Part shown: positions 27,802-36,819 of the stretch, in pieces
Layout: each line of letters starts with the position of its first letter
Position numbering within the stretch: position 1 is the first letter of the stretch
Assembly (NCBI GenBank): GCA_964507105.1
Contig: CAZDOR010000003.1
Span: 15,011-79,010 of the forward strand
Length of the DNA stretch: 64,000 nucleotides
Reading direction: 5' to 3'
Source of the DNA: an uncultured Candidatus Saccharibacteria bacterium
GTDB taxonomy: Bacteria > Patescibacteriota > Minisyncoccia > Minisyncoccales > PWPS01
Translations under genes and position numbers: made by a program
Notes under the pieces: model-generated
Databases searched by the model: none
Told to the model about the DNA's origin: nothing
Seen by the model: only the letters and a program-made list of their open reading frames with translations

Positions 27802-28875
27802 ATGCTTGAATCAGTTAGGGATTTTAAAAATTTAAAAGTTTTGGAAGGCACTTTTTTAGGTAATACGGGCTTGGACTATGTTTTATTTTTTGCTACTTTT
27901 GTAGCGTTATTTATTTTTATAAAAGCAGTTGAGAGGGTTTTACTTGACAAATTGAGAAAGACGGATAAAAGAAAGAAAAGCTTGAAGACCGTTTTGATTG
28001 AATTTGTACTATCGATAAAAACGAGCTTGTATCTTTTCACCGCTTTTGTTCTTTCGCTTTTGGTTTTACCGACCGTTAATGATCAGTTGTTCAGAATTTT
28101 ACAAATAGTTTTGTCAATTTGGATTACCATCAGATTAGTTATTGGAATTCAATTGTTTATTGATTATATTTTAAGGCGAAAGCTTTTAGATGATTCTGAC
28201 CCTGGAACGGAAGTGGCTGCAAAAAATATGGGAACGATATTCAAAGTGCTACTTTGGATAGTTGTTATCTTATTTTTTCTTTCCAATTTTGGTGTGGAGG
28301 TTACTTCACTGATTGCGGGACTTGGTGTAGGAGGGGTAGCAATCGCTTTTGCTCTTCAAAACGTACTGGAAGATCTTTTTAGTTCTTTTGCGATTTATTT
28401 TGACAAACCTTTCACGATCGGGGATTTTATAGAGGTGGATGGTCAATGGGGGAGTGTCGAGAAGATTGGATTGAAAACAACCCGAATAAGGGCGTTGCAA
28501 GGTGAAGAGATTGTAATGGCTAACAGAGAATTAACTGATAAAAGAATTCATAACTTTAAGCGCTTAGATCAAAGAAGGGGTGTTTTTGAATTCGGGGTAA
28601 CTTATGACACTTCCCATGAAAAAATGAAAAGAATCCCGGAAATAGTAAGAAATATAATAAGCAGTGAAGAGTTGACCGAATTTGACAGAGCTCACTTTAA
28701 TGGATTTGGAGATTCAGCCCTGGAATATGAAGTAGCTTACTTTGTAAAATCGGATGACTTTAAAAAATTTAGAGATATTCACGAATCAATTCTGTTAAAT
28801 ATAAAAAAAGAATTCGAAAAGGAGGGTATAGATATGGCCTTCCCAACAAGGACAGTTCATTTATTTAATAAATAG
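27802..28875 (+). CDS. MscS-family mechanosensitive channel
   Basis: Multiple N-terminal TM helices, a pore helix (LIAGLGVGGVAIAFALQNVLEDLFSS), then PFTIGDFIEVDGQWGSVEKIGLKTTRI beta-domain. Confidence 0.8.
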   Translation: MLESVRDFKNLKVLEGTFLGNTGLDYVLFFATFVALFIFIKAVERVLLDKLRKTDKRKKSLKTVLIEFVLSIKTSLYLFTAFVLSLLVLPTVNDQLFRILQIVLSIWITIRLVIGIQLFIDYILRRKLLDDSDPGTEVAAKNMGTIFKVLLWIVVILFFLSNFGVEVTSLIAGLGVGGVAIAFALQNVLEDLFSSFAIYFDKPFTIGDFIEVDGQWGSVEKIGLKTTRIRALQGEEIVMANRELTDKRIHNFKRLDQRRGVFEFGVTYDTSHEKMKRIPEIVRNIISSEELTEFDRAHFNGFGDSALEYEVAYFVKSDDFKKFRDIHESILLNIKKEFEKEGIDMAFPTRTVHLFNK

Positions 28876-28877
28876 GT

Positions 28878-30602
28878 ATGAGCATAATCGAGCCACTTTT
28901 TGAAACGATAATTGATTCTTTGACTGCTATTGACCCCCTCCTTTTGGAGTTGGGTCTTATTTTAGTTTTGGCAGCAATTTTAGGGATAATTTTAAAAGCG
29001 CTCAAGCAACCTTTAATTTTAGCTTATTTAATTACGGGGCTGATAATAGGTGCTTTGGGGTTTTTTGATATTGCCGAAAGAGAAGCCTTGGAGTTTTTGT
29101 CTAATCTTGGAGTGATGTTCTTGCTTTTCTTGGTAGGATTGGAAATGGATTACAATTCAATTAAAAAGGTGGGTAAAACTTCCCTGGCTATTGGTTTGGG
29201 GCAAGTTGCCTTTACGGCTACCGGTGGATTTTTAATAGCTAATTTCGTATTCGGGTTTGAGCTTATTCACGCCGTATATATTGCTATCGCATTAACTTTT
29301 TCAAGTACTGTAATAATTGTAAAACTACTTTCGGATAAAGGTAATTTAACCAGCTTGCATGGAAGAGCGGCTATTGGGCTTCTATTAGTTCAAGACTTGG
29401 TAGTTGTTTTAATACTTATATCTCTTAATGCATTGGAGGCCGGGGGGGAGGTTGGAGGAATTTCGATTATACAGATTATACTCGGAGGGGTAGTTCTTTT
29501 TGTTGTTATGATGGCCTTGGGTCGGTCCGTGTTTCCGTATATATTCAGGAAAATTGCCCACTCACAAGAATTATTATTTTTGGTTAGTTTAGCTTGGCTT
29601 TTGTTTTTTGCCGTTATAGTTAAGGCGGCCGGTTTTTCGATAGAAATCGCCGGATTTTTGGGTGGTGTAGCGTTAGCGAATTCTTCTCAAAAATATCATA
29701 TAGCAAGTAAGATAAGGCCGCTCAGAGATTTCTTTATTTTAGTGTTTTTTGCAATGCTGGGATCAATGATGGCCGTTTCCGATATAGGCGGAATGATTGT
29801 TCCGATACTGGCTTTCTCGTTTTTTGTTCTCATCGGTAATCCGATTATCGTAATGTTTATTATGAAACTTTTAGGTTACAAGAAGAGAACTAACTTTTTA
29901 ACCGGGGTTACCGTGGCACAAATTTCCGAATTCAGCATGATTTTTGCTACATTAGGTCTCACCTTGAATCATATTACAGATCAAGTTTTTGCTCTCATAG
30001 CATCGGTGGGTGTGATTACTATCACATTATCTACATACTTAATTCTTTATGCCGAAAAGATATTTCCATACATTTCAGAATTTTTATCAATATTTGAAAA
30101 AGAGAATACAATTGAAGATAAAGAAAGTGACTTGGATGCTTCAAGACCTATAGTTTTAATTGGTGCCCACAGAACGGGAGAGGGGATAATGAATTATATA
30201 GACCCCGATGATTTATTGGTTATAGACTTCGATCCGGTTGTAATAGACAACCTTAGAAGAAAGGGAATAAAATGTCTATTTTCCGATATAACGGATCCAC
30301 ATGTTTTGGAGCATGTAAACATTAATGATGCTCAGGTTGTTATATCCACCAGTCCGAACTTGAAAGACAATCTTGATTTAATAAGAAGAATTAAAAGAAA
30401 AGGGTATGATATAAAGATTATAGTTAGGGCGGAAACCAAAGAAGAAGCTTTAGAGCTTTATGATGAAGGTGCTGACTATGTTCTTTTACCCCACTTTGTT
30501 TCCGGCCAATATTTGGGAAGTATAATCGACCCTGAATTTAATTTGGATAGATTAAAAGAATTAAAGGAAATTGACTTAGAACTACTTACAGAAACCGAGT
30601 AG
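28878..30602 (+). CDS. CPA2 (Kef-type) cation:proton antiporter with a C-terminal RCK/TrkA-N domain
   Basis: About 12 TM helices (GLEMD, FLGGVALAN motifs), followed by a Rossmann-like VLIGAHRTGEG...IVRAETKEEALELYDEGADYVL. Confidence 0.8.
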   Translation: MSIIEPLFETIIDSLTAIDPLLLELGLILVLAAILGIILKALKQPLILAYLITGLIIGALGFFDIAEREALEFLSNLGVMFLLFLVGLEMDYNSIKKVGKTSLAIGLGQVAFTATGGFLIANFVFGFELIHAVYIAIALTFSSTVIIVKLLSDKGNLTSLHGRAAIGLLLVQDLVVVLILISLNALEAGGEVGGISIIQIILGGVVLFVVMMALGRSVFPYIFRKIAHSQELLFLVSLAWLLFFAVIVKAAGFSIEIAGFLGGVALANSSQKYHIASKIRPLRDFFILVFFAMLGSMMAVSDIGGMIVPILAFSFFVLIGNPIIVMFIMKLLGYKKRTNFLTGVTVAQISEFSMIFATLGLTLNHITDQVFALIASVGVITITLSTYLILYAEKIFPYISEFLSIFEKENTIEDKESDLDASRPIVLIGAHRTGEGIMNYIDPDDLLVIDFDPVVIDNLRRKGIKCLFSDITDPHVLEHVNINDAQVVISTSPNLKDNLDLIRRIKRKGYDIKIIVRAETKEEALELYDEGADYVLLPHFVSGQYLGSIIDPEFNLDRLKELKEIDLELLTETE

Positions 30603-30645
30603 GTCACATTTAATTACTTTTTAGTTCGGGTTAAAAATAGTTCGG

Positions 30646-31260
30646 ATGACAATAACCGATAAACATTTCAAAGTTATAAAATACAGCCTGATATCGCTGT
30701 TAATATTTTTTGTTTTCGCTATCTTAGGTGTTGTCTATAGTCGATTGAGATGGGAAGAGGCGGGTCAATTTTTTTTGGAATTGGGGGAGCAGTTTTCATT
30801 CATTCAGGATTTTGGCCTTTGGTCCATTTTTTTATTTATCTTTATTAATAATACAATTACCGTATTCATTGCATCTCTTACCGGTGTTTTTTTGGGGGTA
30901 GTTTCCGTTTTTATTTTAATTGTTAACGGTTTCTTGCTGGGGGTTGTTAGTGGATACACTTATCCCGCTTTAGGATTTTCAGGTTTGTTTTTTAGCTTAG
31001 CCCCGCATGGGATATTTGAATTTCCGGCTCTTTTCATAGGTACCGGGCTGGGTATGAACTTGGGTTTTTCAACCTATAAAGAGATAAAAAAGGGAAATTT
31101 AACTTTAAAAAAAGCATATAACAGAATTAGAAAATTAAGATTTCCGAGTAAAAAAGTAAAAGAAGATTATTTTTTCACCTTTGAAGTTCTTTTCAAGATA
31201 GTTACCCCCTTACTTCTTGTGGCTGCCCTGATTGAAGCTTATTTGATATATTTTCTATGA
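30646..31260 (+). CDS. SpoIIM-like (PF01944) integral membrane protein
   Basis: 204 aa, polytopic. APHGIFEFPALFIGTGLG matches the conserved HGxxExP motif. Confidence 0.6.
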   Translation: MTITDKHFKVIKYSLISLLIFFVFAILGVVYSRLRWEEAGQFFLELGEQFSFIQDFGLWSIFLFIFINNTITVFIASLTGVFLGVVSVFILIVNGFLLGVVSGYTYPALGFSGLFFSLAPHGIFEFPALFIGTGLGMNLGFSTYKEIKKGNLTLKKAYNRIRKLRFPSKKVKEDYFFTFEVLFKIVTPLLLVAALIEAYLIYFL

Positions 31261-31895
31261 AACCGCAGATTTACTTATCGAGAAAGAAGGACGGTTCGAT
31301 GAACAATCCTAAAAATATTGAGTTATTTTTGAAAAAAAATGGAGTTAACCCGAAAGAATTTACAAGAGCTGATTTGATTCACGGAAGTAGAGTGGAAGAA
31401 GTTAAAAAAGAGGAGATTGGTTCCGTAATCACCGATGCCGATGGCTTAATTGCAACTACACCTACTTATTTAGGAGTAACGGTTGCCGATTGCTTGCCGA
31501 TATATTTTTGGTCAAAAGATATGATAGGAATTCTCCACGGGGGATGGAGGGGGTTGAAAAAGGGAATAATTGAAAGTGCGGTAGAAAAGATAAAACGAAA
31601 GGCGATTACATTGAAGGGTGTAAAGGTATGGATTGGTCCTTCAATTCACTCTTGCCATTATGAAGTCAAAACTGATTTGGTTGAATATTTTTCGGATCAT
31701 GGCAATAGCTTTGAATGCAGAAATGGAAAAACATATTTGAATTTACAAAAGGTAGCTGAAGAGAAACTTAATTCATTCGGGATAAAAAATATTACAATCA
31801 GTTCCGAATGTACTTATTGCAATAAAAAATATTTTTCATATCGACGCGATAAAAAATTAAAAAATATGTTAGCCATAATTGGATTTAATTATTAA
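31257..31895 (+). CDS. pgeF: YfiH/PgeF-family (laccase-domain) peptidoglycan editing factor
   Basis: VADCLPIYF, HGGWRG, SIHSCHYEV (His/Cys/His metal site). ATGA overlap with the previous gene. Confidence 0.75.
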   Translation: MKPQIYLSRKKDGSMNNPKNIELFLKKNGVNPKEFTRADLIHGSRVEEVKKEEIGSVITDADGLIATTPTYLGVTVADCLPIYFWSKDMIGILHGGWRGLKKGIIESAVEKIKRKAITLKGVKVWIGPSIHSCHYEVKTDLVEYFSDHGNSFECRNGKTYLNLQKVAEEKLNSFGIKNITISSECTYCNKKYFSYRRDKKLKNMLAIIGFNY

Positions 31896-31910
31896 TTTTT
31901 ATAAGATAAT

Positions 31911-32786
31911 ATGCGTAAAATAAAAAAAGCAGTCATAGCAGCGGCGGGTTACGGAACAAGATTTTTACCTGCGACTAAAAACCAACCAAAGGAAATGCTT
32001 CCAATCGTTGATAAACCGATAATTCATCATCTCGTCGAGGAAGCGGTCGATTCCGGGATCGAGGATATAATAATAGTTACCAGAGCGGGTCAGATGCCGA
32101 TGGAAGATCATTTTGATTCTAATTATGAGCTTGAAAAGGAATTAAAAGAAGCGGGAAAACTTAAAAGATTAAAGAAGATTGAAGGAATTCCGCAGATGGC
32201 TAATTTTGCCTACGTGAGGCAGCACAAGGATTATCCATATGGTAATGCAACTCCTCTTTTGTGTGCAGCACCCCTTATAGACGACGATGAGGCTTTTGTT
32301 TATATGTTTGGAGATGACCTCACACTTTCCGATGAGCCGGTTACAAAACAGCTTATAGACGTGTATGAAGCGGAAAATCCAACTGCCGTATTGGGAGTTC
32401 AAGAAGTACCGGACGAAGAAGTTGAAAGGTATGGAACCGTAAAATACAAAGACAAGTCAAAAAGTTATGAAATAGAAGCCGGTTATGAAAAACTCCCGGC
32501 CGATCAGGCCCCTTCCAACATGGCTCTTTTCGGAAGATTTGTTTTTTCTCATGATATAATTGAACAAGCAAAAGAGACACCGACCGGAAAAGACGGGGAG
32601 CTTTGGGCTATGGACATTGTTAACAACATGGCTCAGGATGGTCGCAAGGTGCTTGCTCAACCGATAGAGGGTCAGTGGCACACTACCGGAGATCCTTTAC
32701 GATACTTAAAAACTTCGGTTGAATTCGCATTGCGGCGCGAAGATATCGGCCCTGATTTCGAGGAATATATCAAAAATAGATTTTAG
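31911..32786 (+). CDS. galU: UTP--glucose-1-phosphate uridylyltransferase
   Basis: KAVIAAAGYGTRFLPATKNQPKEMLPIVDKPIIHHLVEEA and a later FGDDL. 291 aa. Confidence 0.85.
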   Translation: MRKIKKAVIAAAGYGTRFLPATKNQPKEMLPIVDKPIIHHLVEEAVDSGIEDIIIVTRAGQMPMEDHFDSNYELEKELKEAGKLKRLKKIEGIPQMANFAYVRQHKDYPYGNATPLLCAAPLIDDDEAFVYMFGDDLTLSDEPVTKQLIDVYEAENPTAVLGVQEVPDEEVERYGTVKYKDKSKSYEIEAGYEKLPADQAPSNMALFGRFVFSHDIIEQAKETPTGKDGELWAMDIVNNMAQDGRKVLAQPIEGQWHTTGDPLRYLKTSVEFALRREDIGPDFEEYIKNRF

Positions 32787-33051
32787 ACTCTTCTCAATTA
32801 TTTTATTTTAATTTTCATTATATTGGGTTGATTCGGTGATATTCCCGACGGTATTTTGCTTTAAAATCAAATATTGTTACTGAAAGATTTATTCTGGAAT
32901 TTATCACTAATAAGTTTTGATGATGGAGGCGTGTTACTGCTTTATGTTTTTTAATAGTTGTGGAATTACAAACTCAATATGAGGGTTCTTTAGATAGTGA
33001 GTCTATTTCATTGTTCAAAATTAAAAATTGTGATAAAGAAGTTTTCTATAT

Positions 33052-33627
33052 ATGAGAGAATTTAAATCTCTGAAAAATGAAAAAGTAACAAAATTACTGA
33101 AATCGGGTAAAGTTGGAGTTGTGCCGACTGATACCATTTATGGAGTTGTTGGTTTGGCATTACTACCCGAAACAGTAGAAAGAATATATGGGATAAAAGA
33201 CAGAAATAGGGAGAAACCGATGATAGTTCTTGTTGATTCCACAAAAAATTTAAAAAAGGACTTTGATATTGATTGTCCGGAAAGGATAGTTAATTTGTGG
33301 CCGGCAAAGTTATCCGTAATTTTAAGTTGCAAGAAGTATCCTCACATACATCGAGGAAAGAAGACGATAGCCTTCCGGATTCCGGATAGTGAAAAACTCA
33401 GGGATTTGATATTCAAAACCGGACCCTTGGTTGCTCCCAGCGCCAACCCGGAAGGAAGACCGCCGGCATTAACGATAGAGAAAGCTAAAACTTATTTTGG
33501 TTCAAGGGTTGATTTTTACGTTGACGAGGGGGAGTTGAACAAAAAATCCTCAACACTGGTTAAGTGCTCGGATGGAGATTTTAAAGTTTTGAGAAGGGGT
33601 GAGTTCAATTTAGAACGTTTCCGATAA
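33052..33627 (+). CDS. tsaC: L-threonylcarbamoyladenylate synthase (TsaC/YrdC type)
   Basis: VGVVPTDTIYGVVG, KDRNREKPMIVLV, APSANPEG. 191 aa single-domain form. Confidence 0.8.
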   Translation: MREFKSLKNEKVTKLLKSGKVGVVPTDTIYGVVGLALLPETVERIYGIKDRNREKPMIVLVDSTKNLKKDFDIDCPERIVNLWPAKLSVILSCKKYPHIHRGKKTIAFRIPDSEKLRDLIFKTGPLVAPSANPEGRPPALTIEKAKTYFGSRVDFYVDEGELNKKSSTLVKCSDGDFKVLRRGEFNLERFR

Positions 33628-34516
33628 AGTCTATATTGCCGCGTAAAAACTCTTCCGAGGTTACCTTTGACCTTCCTTCAATTTGCAGTTCTTCTACAAG
33701 CAGAAAATCCTTGCCGGTTTGTACTGCAATTTTTTCGTTTGTTCCCAGGTAAGTTTTTCCCGGCGGACCAAAGGGGCCGTTTTCAGTTTGTTTTTGAACT
33801 TGAGCTTTAAAAAATTTTATTCTTTTATTGTTGCAAAAGCTAAAAACTCCCGGCCAAGGATTGTAAGCCCTTATTTTTCTTTCTATGAGGATTGCTTCCT
33901 CCGTCCAGTCCACTTTACCGTCTTTTTTAGTCAGTAAATTGGTGACGGTTGCTTTTTGATGCTCTTGTTTTTTTGGATTTATTTTTTGGTTTATCCATAA
34001 AGGTATGGTTTCAGCTAAAAGTTTTCCGCCCAACATGGAGAGCTTATCTTCTAAATCATTGTAATATTCTCGGCCGGTTAGTTTTAATTTTTTCTGGTTT
34101 AAAATCGGGCCATGATCAATTTTTTCATCCATAAGCATTATCGTAACCCCTGTCTTTTCATCGTCGTTCAAAATAGCTGCCTGTATTGGAGTTGGACCTC
34201 TGTAGCGGGGCAGGAGAGAGGGGTGAACATTTAAGAAACCGTATTTTGGTTTTTGGAGGTGTTTCTTTTTAATTATTTCTCCGTGAGCAACGACTAAAAC
34301 CAAGTCGGTTTTATTTATCACTTTATCTATTTCATGAAAAACGGCAATTTCTTTTTTATTCGCCAATTCTTTGACGGGGCTGGGTTTCTTTTTTTGACCC
34401 CTTTGTTTCGGTTTGTCTTCGGAAGTGACAACTGCGTTAACCGAAATTCCTTCTGCTAAAATTTCTGTCAATATTTTTTTACTGAAATTTGGAGTTCCTA
34501 AATAAGTTATGTGCAT
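33605..34516 (-). CDS. fmt: methionyl-tRNA formyltransferase
   Basis: HITYLGTPNFS, VVAHGEII, LNVHPSLLPRYRGPTPIQ, and the C-terminal beta-barrel domain. 303 aa. Confidence 0.9.
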   Translation of the reverse strand: MHITYLGTPNFSKKILTEILAEGISVNAVVTSEDKPKQRGQKKKPSPVKELANKKEIAVFHEIDKVINKTDLVLVVAHGEIIKKKHLQKPKYGFLNVHPSLLPRYRGPTPIQAAILNDDEKTGVTIMLMDEKIDHGPILNQKKLKLTGREYYNDLEDKLSMLGGKLLAETIPLWINQKINPKKQEHQKATVTNLLTKKDGKVDWTEEAILIERKIRAYNPWPGVFSFCNNKRIKFFKAQVQKQTENGPFGPPGKTYLGTNEKIAVQTGKDFLLVEELQIEGRSKVTSEEFLRGNIDFIGNVLN

Positions 34517-34530
34517 ATTTTTTTAAATAT

Positions 34531-35283
34531 TTAATCCACTTCTTTCCACTCGATATCTTCCTCTTTTCCGGCGAATTCAAACCACTCACCTTCATTATCA
34601 ATAACATACCATTTTTCACGTGATTTTACCATTCGATCCCCCTTGTAAAAGGGCTTTTTTTCTTTCTTTTTCGGCTTCAGCCTGTCGAGCTCCGGCCACT
34701 TTTTAAAGACTGTCTCGATTGCGTAATCCAAGTTGCGGGAATTAGCCCAGTCAGCTACCGTTTTTATTGCCTTTTTTGCCTCTTCTAATGATCCGGCCAA
34801 GTCCAATAGATTTTTTGCCGGTTTCGTATGTCTGGAATATATTATTTTTTTCTTTTTTGCATTTCTTTTTATTTCTTTCAGGTTTAAACCCTTGGTTTGG
34901 AAATAATAATTTACCAGTTTTTCTACTTTATTTTCCATTCTTTTTTCTATTCTCGCTCTTTCGGGTGGTGGGCAATTGATATCCTTATTTTTTAAAAACT
35001 CAAGAAAAAATCTCATTGTTCTCATATAGCTTTTTTGAGTCTGTTTACTCACGGGATTTCCTCTGGAATCAGTTTTGTTTTTTAAAAAACTTTTGTAGTT
35101 ATTAATTATTTTTTCAGAAAAATTTTGGGGAGTTATATCACTTATACCTTTTAGGATCAGCCACTTTTCAAAGTAATTCAAGTGCCTTTCTCTTGTTTTC
35201 AGTGTGGTTTTTGACAACCCACTTTCTTTTTCCCTTTGAAGAAATTCACTAAAATAGTAACTTATTTTTTTACAGTCATCCAT
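34531..35283 (-). CDS. protein with an integrase-type SAM-like core-binding domain and no catalytic domain
   Basis: The track ORF begins at GTG 35316. The ATG at 35283 overlaps the AMMECR1 stop (ATGGATGA). The N-terminal ~120 aa parallel the XerC/D N-terminus in this window. The C-terminal half lacks R..HxxR..Y. Confidence 0.6.
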   Translation of the reverse strand: MDDCKKISYYFSEFLQREKESGLSKTTLKTRERHLNYFEKWLILKGISDITPQNFSEKIINNYKSFLKNKTDSRGNPVSKQTQKSYMRTMRFFLEFLKNKDINCPPPERARIEKRMENKVEKLVNYYFQTKGLNLKEIKRNAKKKKIIYSRHTKPAKNLLDLAGSLEEAKKAIKTVADWANSRNLDYAIETVFKKWPELDRLKPKKKEKKPFYKGDRMVKSREKWYVIDNEGEWFEFAGKEEDIEWKEVD

Positions 35284-35773
35284 GATATTTTTGAGTCGTA
35301 AACTTATATATCTCACAATCTTCAGAATATATACCTGCTTTTCTTTTAGCTATCGTTAGTTGTTTTTCAAAGCTATTTATACCATCCAAATTAGGAAGTA
35401 AAACGCCGGTTTTTCCGTCTGCCCTTACCAGAAGCCCTTCTTTTTCGGGATTGGTTTTTTCATTCGTTTTCAGTTTTTTGATCGGGTTTATTAGATTTAC
35501 TTCGTAATTTAAATTCGGAAGCTCCTCTTCGGTCACGGGTTTTGTTCGAGAATCATCACAAGCCGAAATCGTGCAGTCTATTAAATTTTCAGCTAAATTT
35601 GCAGAAGATTTAATTGTTCCCATGCATCCCCTTAATTTTCCGGAGTTTTTAATTGTTACAAAGACCCCCTTTTTTTTATTAGTTAATTCCTCGGGAGACT
35701 CTGAGAGGTTTATTCTTTTTCCTTCTTTTAGGTATTTTTTTGTTATTTTTTTAACAAAATCAATTATTGACAT
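35276..35773 (-). CDS. AMMECR1-domain protein (AmmeMemoRadiSam system protein A-like)
   Basis: KLRGCMGTIKS (conserved RGCxG), then LLPNLDGI. The track start 35791 is TTG. The ATG at 35773 gives 165 aa. Confidence 0.8.
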   Translation of the reverse strand: MSIIDFVKKITKKYLKEGKRINLSESPEELTNKKKGVFVTIKNSGKLRGCMGTIKSSANLAENLIDCTISACDDSRTKPVTEEELPNLNYEVNLINPIKKLKTNEKTNPEKEGLLVRADGKTGVLLPNLDGINSFEKQLTIAKRKAGIYSEDCEIYKFTTQKYHG

Positions 35774-36050
35774 ACTCTTTAATTCTTTCAATTTCTTTTT
35801 TTACTAACTCTCCATTATATTCAGCACCATGGTCAGTTGATCCTTCGTATCGAGGAGCTTTTTGATCCAAGTGTAGGTTTAGTTGATTTTTATTTTTTTT
35901 GTAATAGATATGAAATCTTGGAAACTTACCACCTCGAATCGGTCTCGAAAAAGAAGGTTCGTCCGGATTTGATCGCCTATCGGGATGATAGCCCAACTTC
36001 CTCATGAGTTGCAACACATTCCCATTGAAATTTTCCAATTTAATTTTCAT
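35760..36050 (-). CDS. hypothetical 96-aa basic protein embedded in the AmmeMemoRadiSam operon
   Basis: The ORF overlaps the upstream gene by 11 nt and the downstream gene by 14 nt. I recognise no family (FPRFHIYYKK..LHLDQKAPRYEGSTDHG). Confidence 0.55.
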   Translation of the reverse strand: MKIKLENFNGNVLQLMRKLGYHPDRRSNPDEPSFSRPIRGGKFPRFHIYYKKNKNQLNLHLDQKAPRYEGSTDHGAEYNGELVKKEIERIKEYVNN

Positions 36051-36819
36051 TGTTTTCTATATTATATTTTAAAACTCCGTAACCTACACCAAAAGGGCCT
36101 TCATAGGACAGCACTTCCGGATTATATTCAATCTGGGATAGTGCCCCCAACAGAATAATAATTGATCCGTAGCCACATTGGCCGGCTTCTCTTATCAGCG
36201 ACCGATCCATCTTGATAATTTCTTCCGTTCGGTTTTCTTTTGTTAGTTTTATTATTTTTTTATCGAACTTTTCACCTTTTTCAGAGTATCCCGCGGGAGC
36301 TTTGGAGTTTAGCTTGTGAGAGAGATCAGCGGAGGCTATTATTGCAATATTCTCATTTTGATTTCTTATAGTCTTTAAAATTTTTTTTCCGAGTTGAAAA
36401 TTTAGGTTTCTGTCATTTGTGTTAAAAGTCAGAGGCGCAACTTTGAATCCAGAACTTTCGCTTTGTAAAAAAGAGAGAGGAACCGAGGATCCGTGGTCCA
36501 AGTTTCCGCTTTCAGAAATTTTAACGCCTTCCAAGTTACCGATTTTCTCAGCAAGCTCAGGATCCCCCTCGAAATTAATTATTTTTCCAGGTAGAGAAGA
36601 TGTAAAACGTTCTGACTTGTAGACCGTAAAAAGGGTTTTTTTATTTTGACCGTGAGGAGTGATTACGATTACTTTATCCACCTCTTTTGTTTTGAAGTCT
36701 TTTGCGATTTTCTCCATTGCTCCGATTGTTGCCGATACCTTATTTCTGTCTTTTTCGTTACCGACTTCGGGAACAATTATGGGAGGATGTGGCATTACGG
36801 CTGCAAATTTCAAATTCAT
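36040..36819 (-). CDS. Memo-like protein (AmmeMemoRadiSam system protein B-like)
   Basis: AVMPHPPIIVPE, ITPHG, LDHGSSVP, IASADLSHK (SxDxSH) and AGQCGYG match Memo/LigB-superfamily metal-site motifs. ATGA overlap with the radical SAM gene. Confidence 0.65.
   Translation of the reverse strand: MNLKFAAVMPHPPIIVPEVGNEKDRNKVSATIGAMEKIAKDFKTKEVDKVIVITPHGQNKKTLFTVYKSERFTSSLPGKIINFEGDPELAEKIGNLEGVKISESGNLDHGSSVPLSFLQSESSGFKVAPLTFNTNDRNLNFQLGKKILKTIRNQNENIAIIASADLSHKLNSKAPAGYSEKGEKFDKKIIKLTKENRTEEIIKMDRSLIREAGQCGYGSIIILLGALSQIEYNPEVLSYEGPFGVGYGVLKYNIENNEN

Noticed and set aside
32918-32935. GATGATGGAGGCG string vaguely like the 3' part of a fluoride (crcB) riboswitch
   Set aside because: The rest of the conserved core and the pseudoknot partners are not present, and the downstream gene (tsaC) is not a typical fluoride-regulon member.
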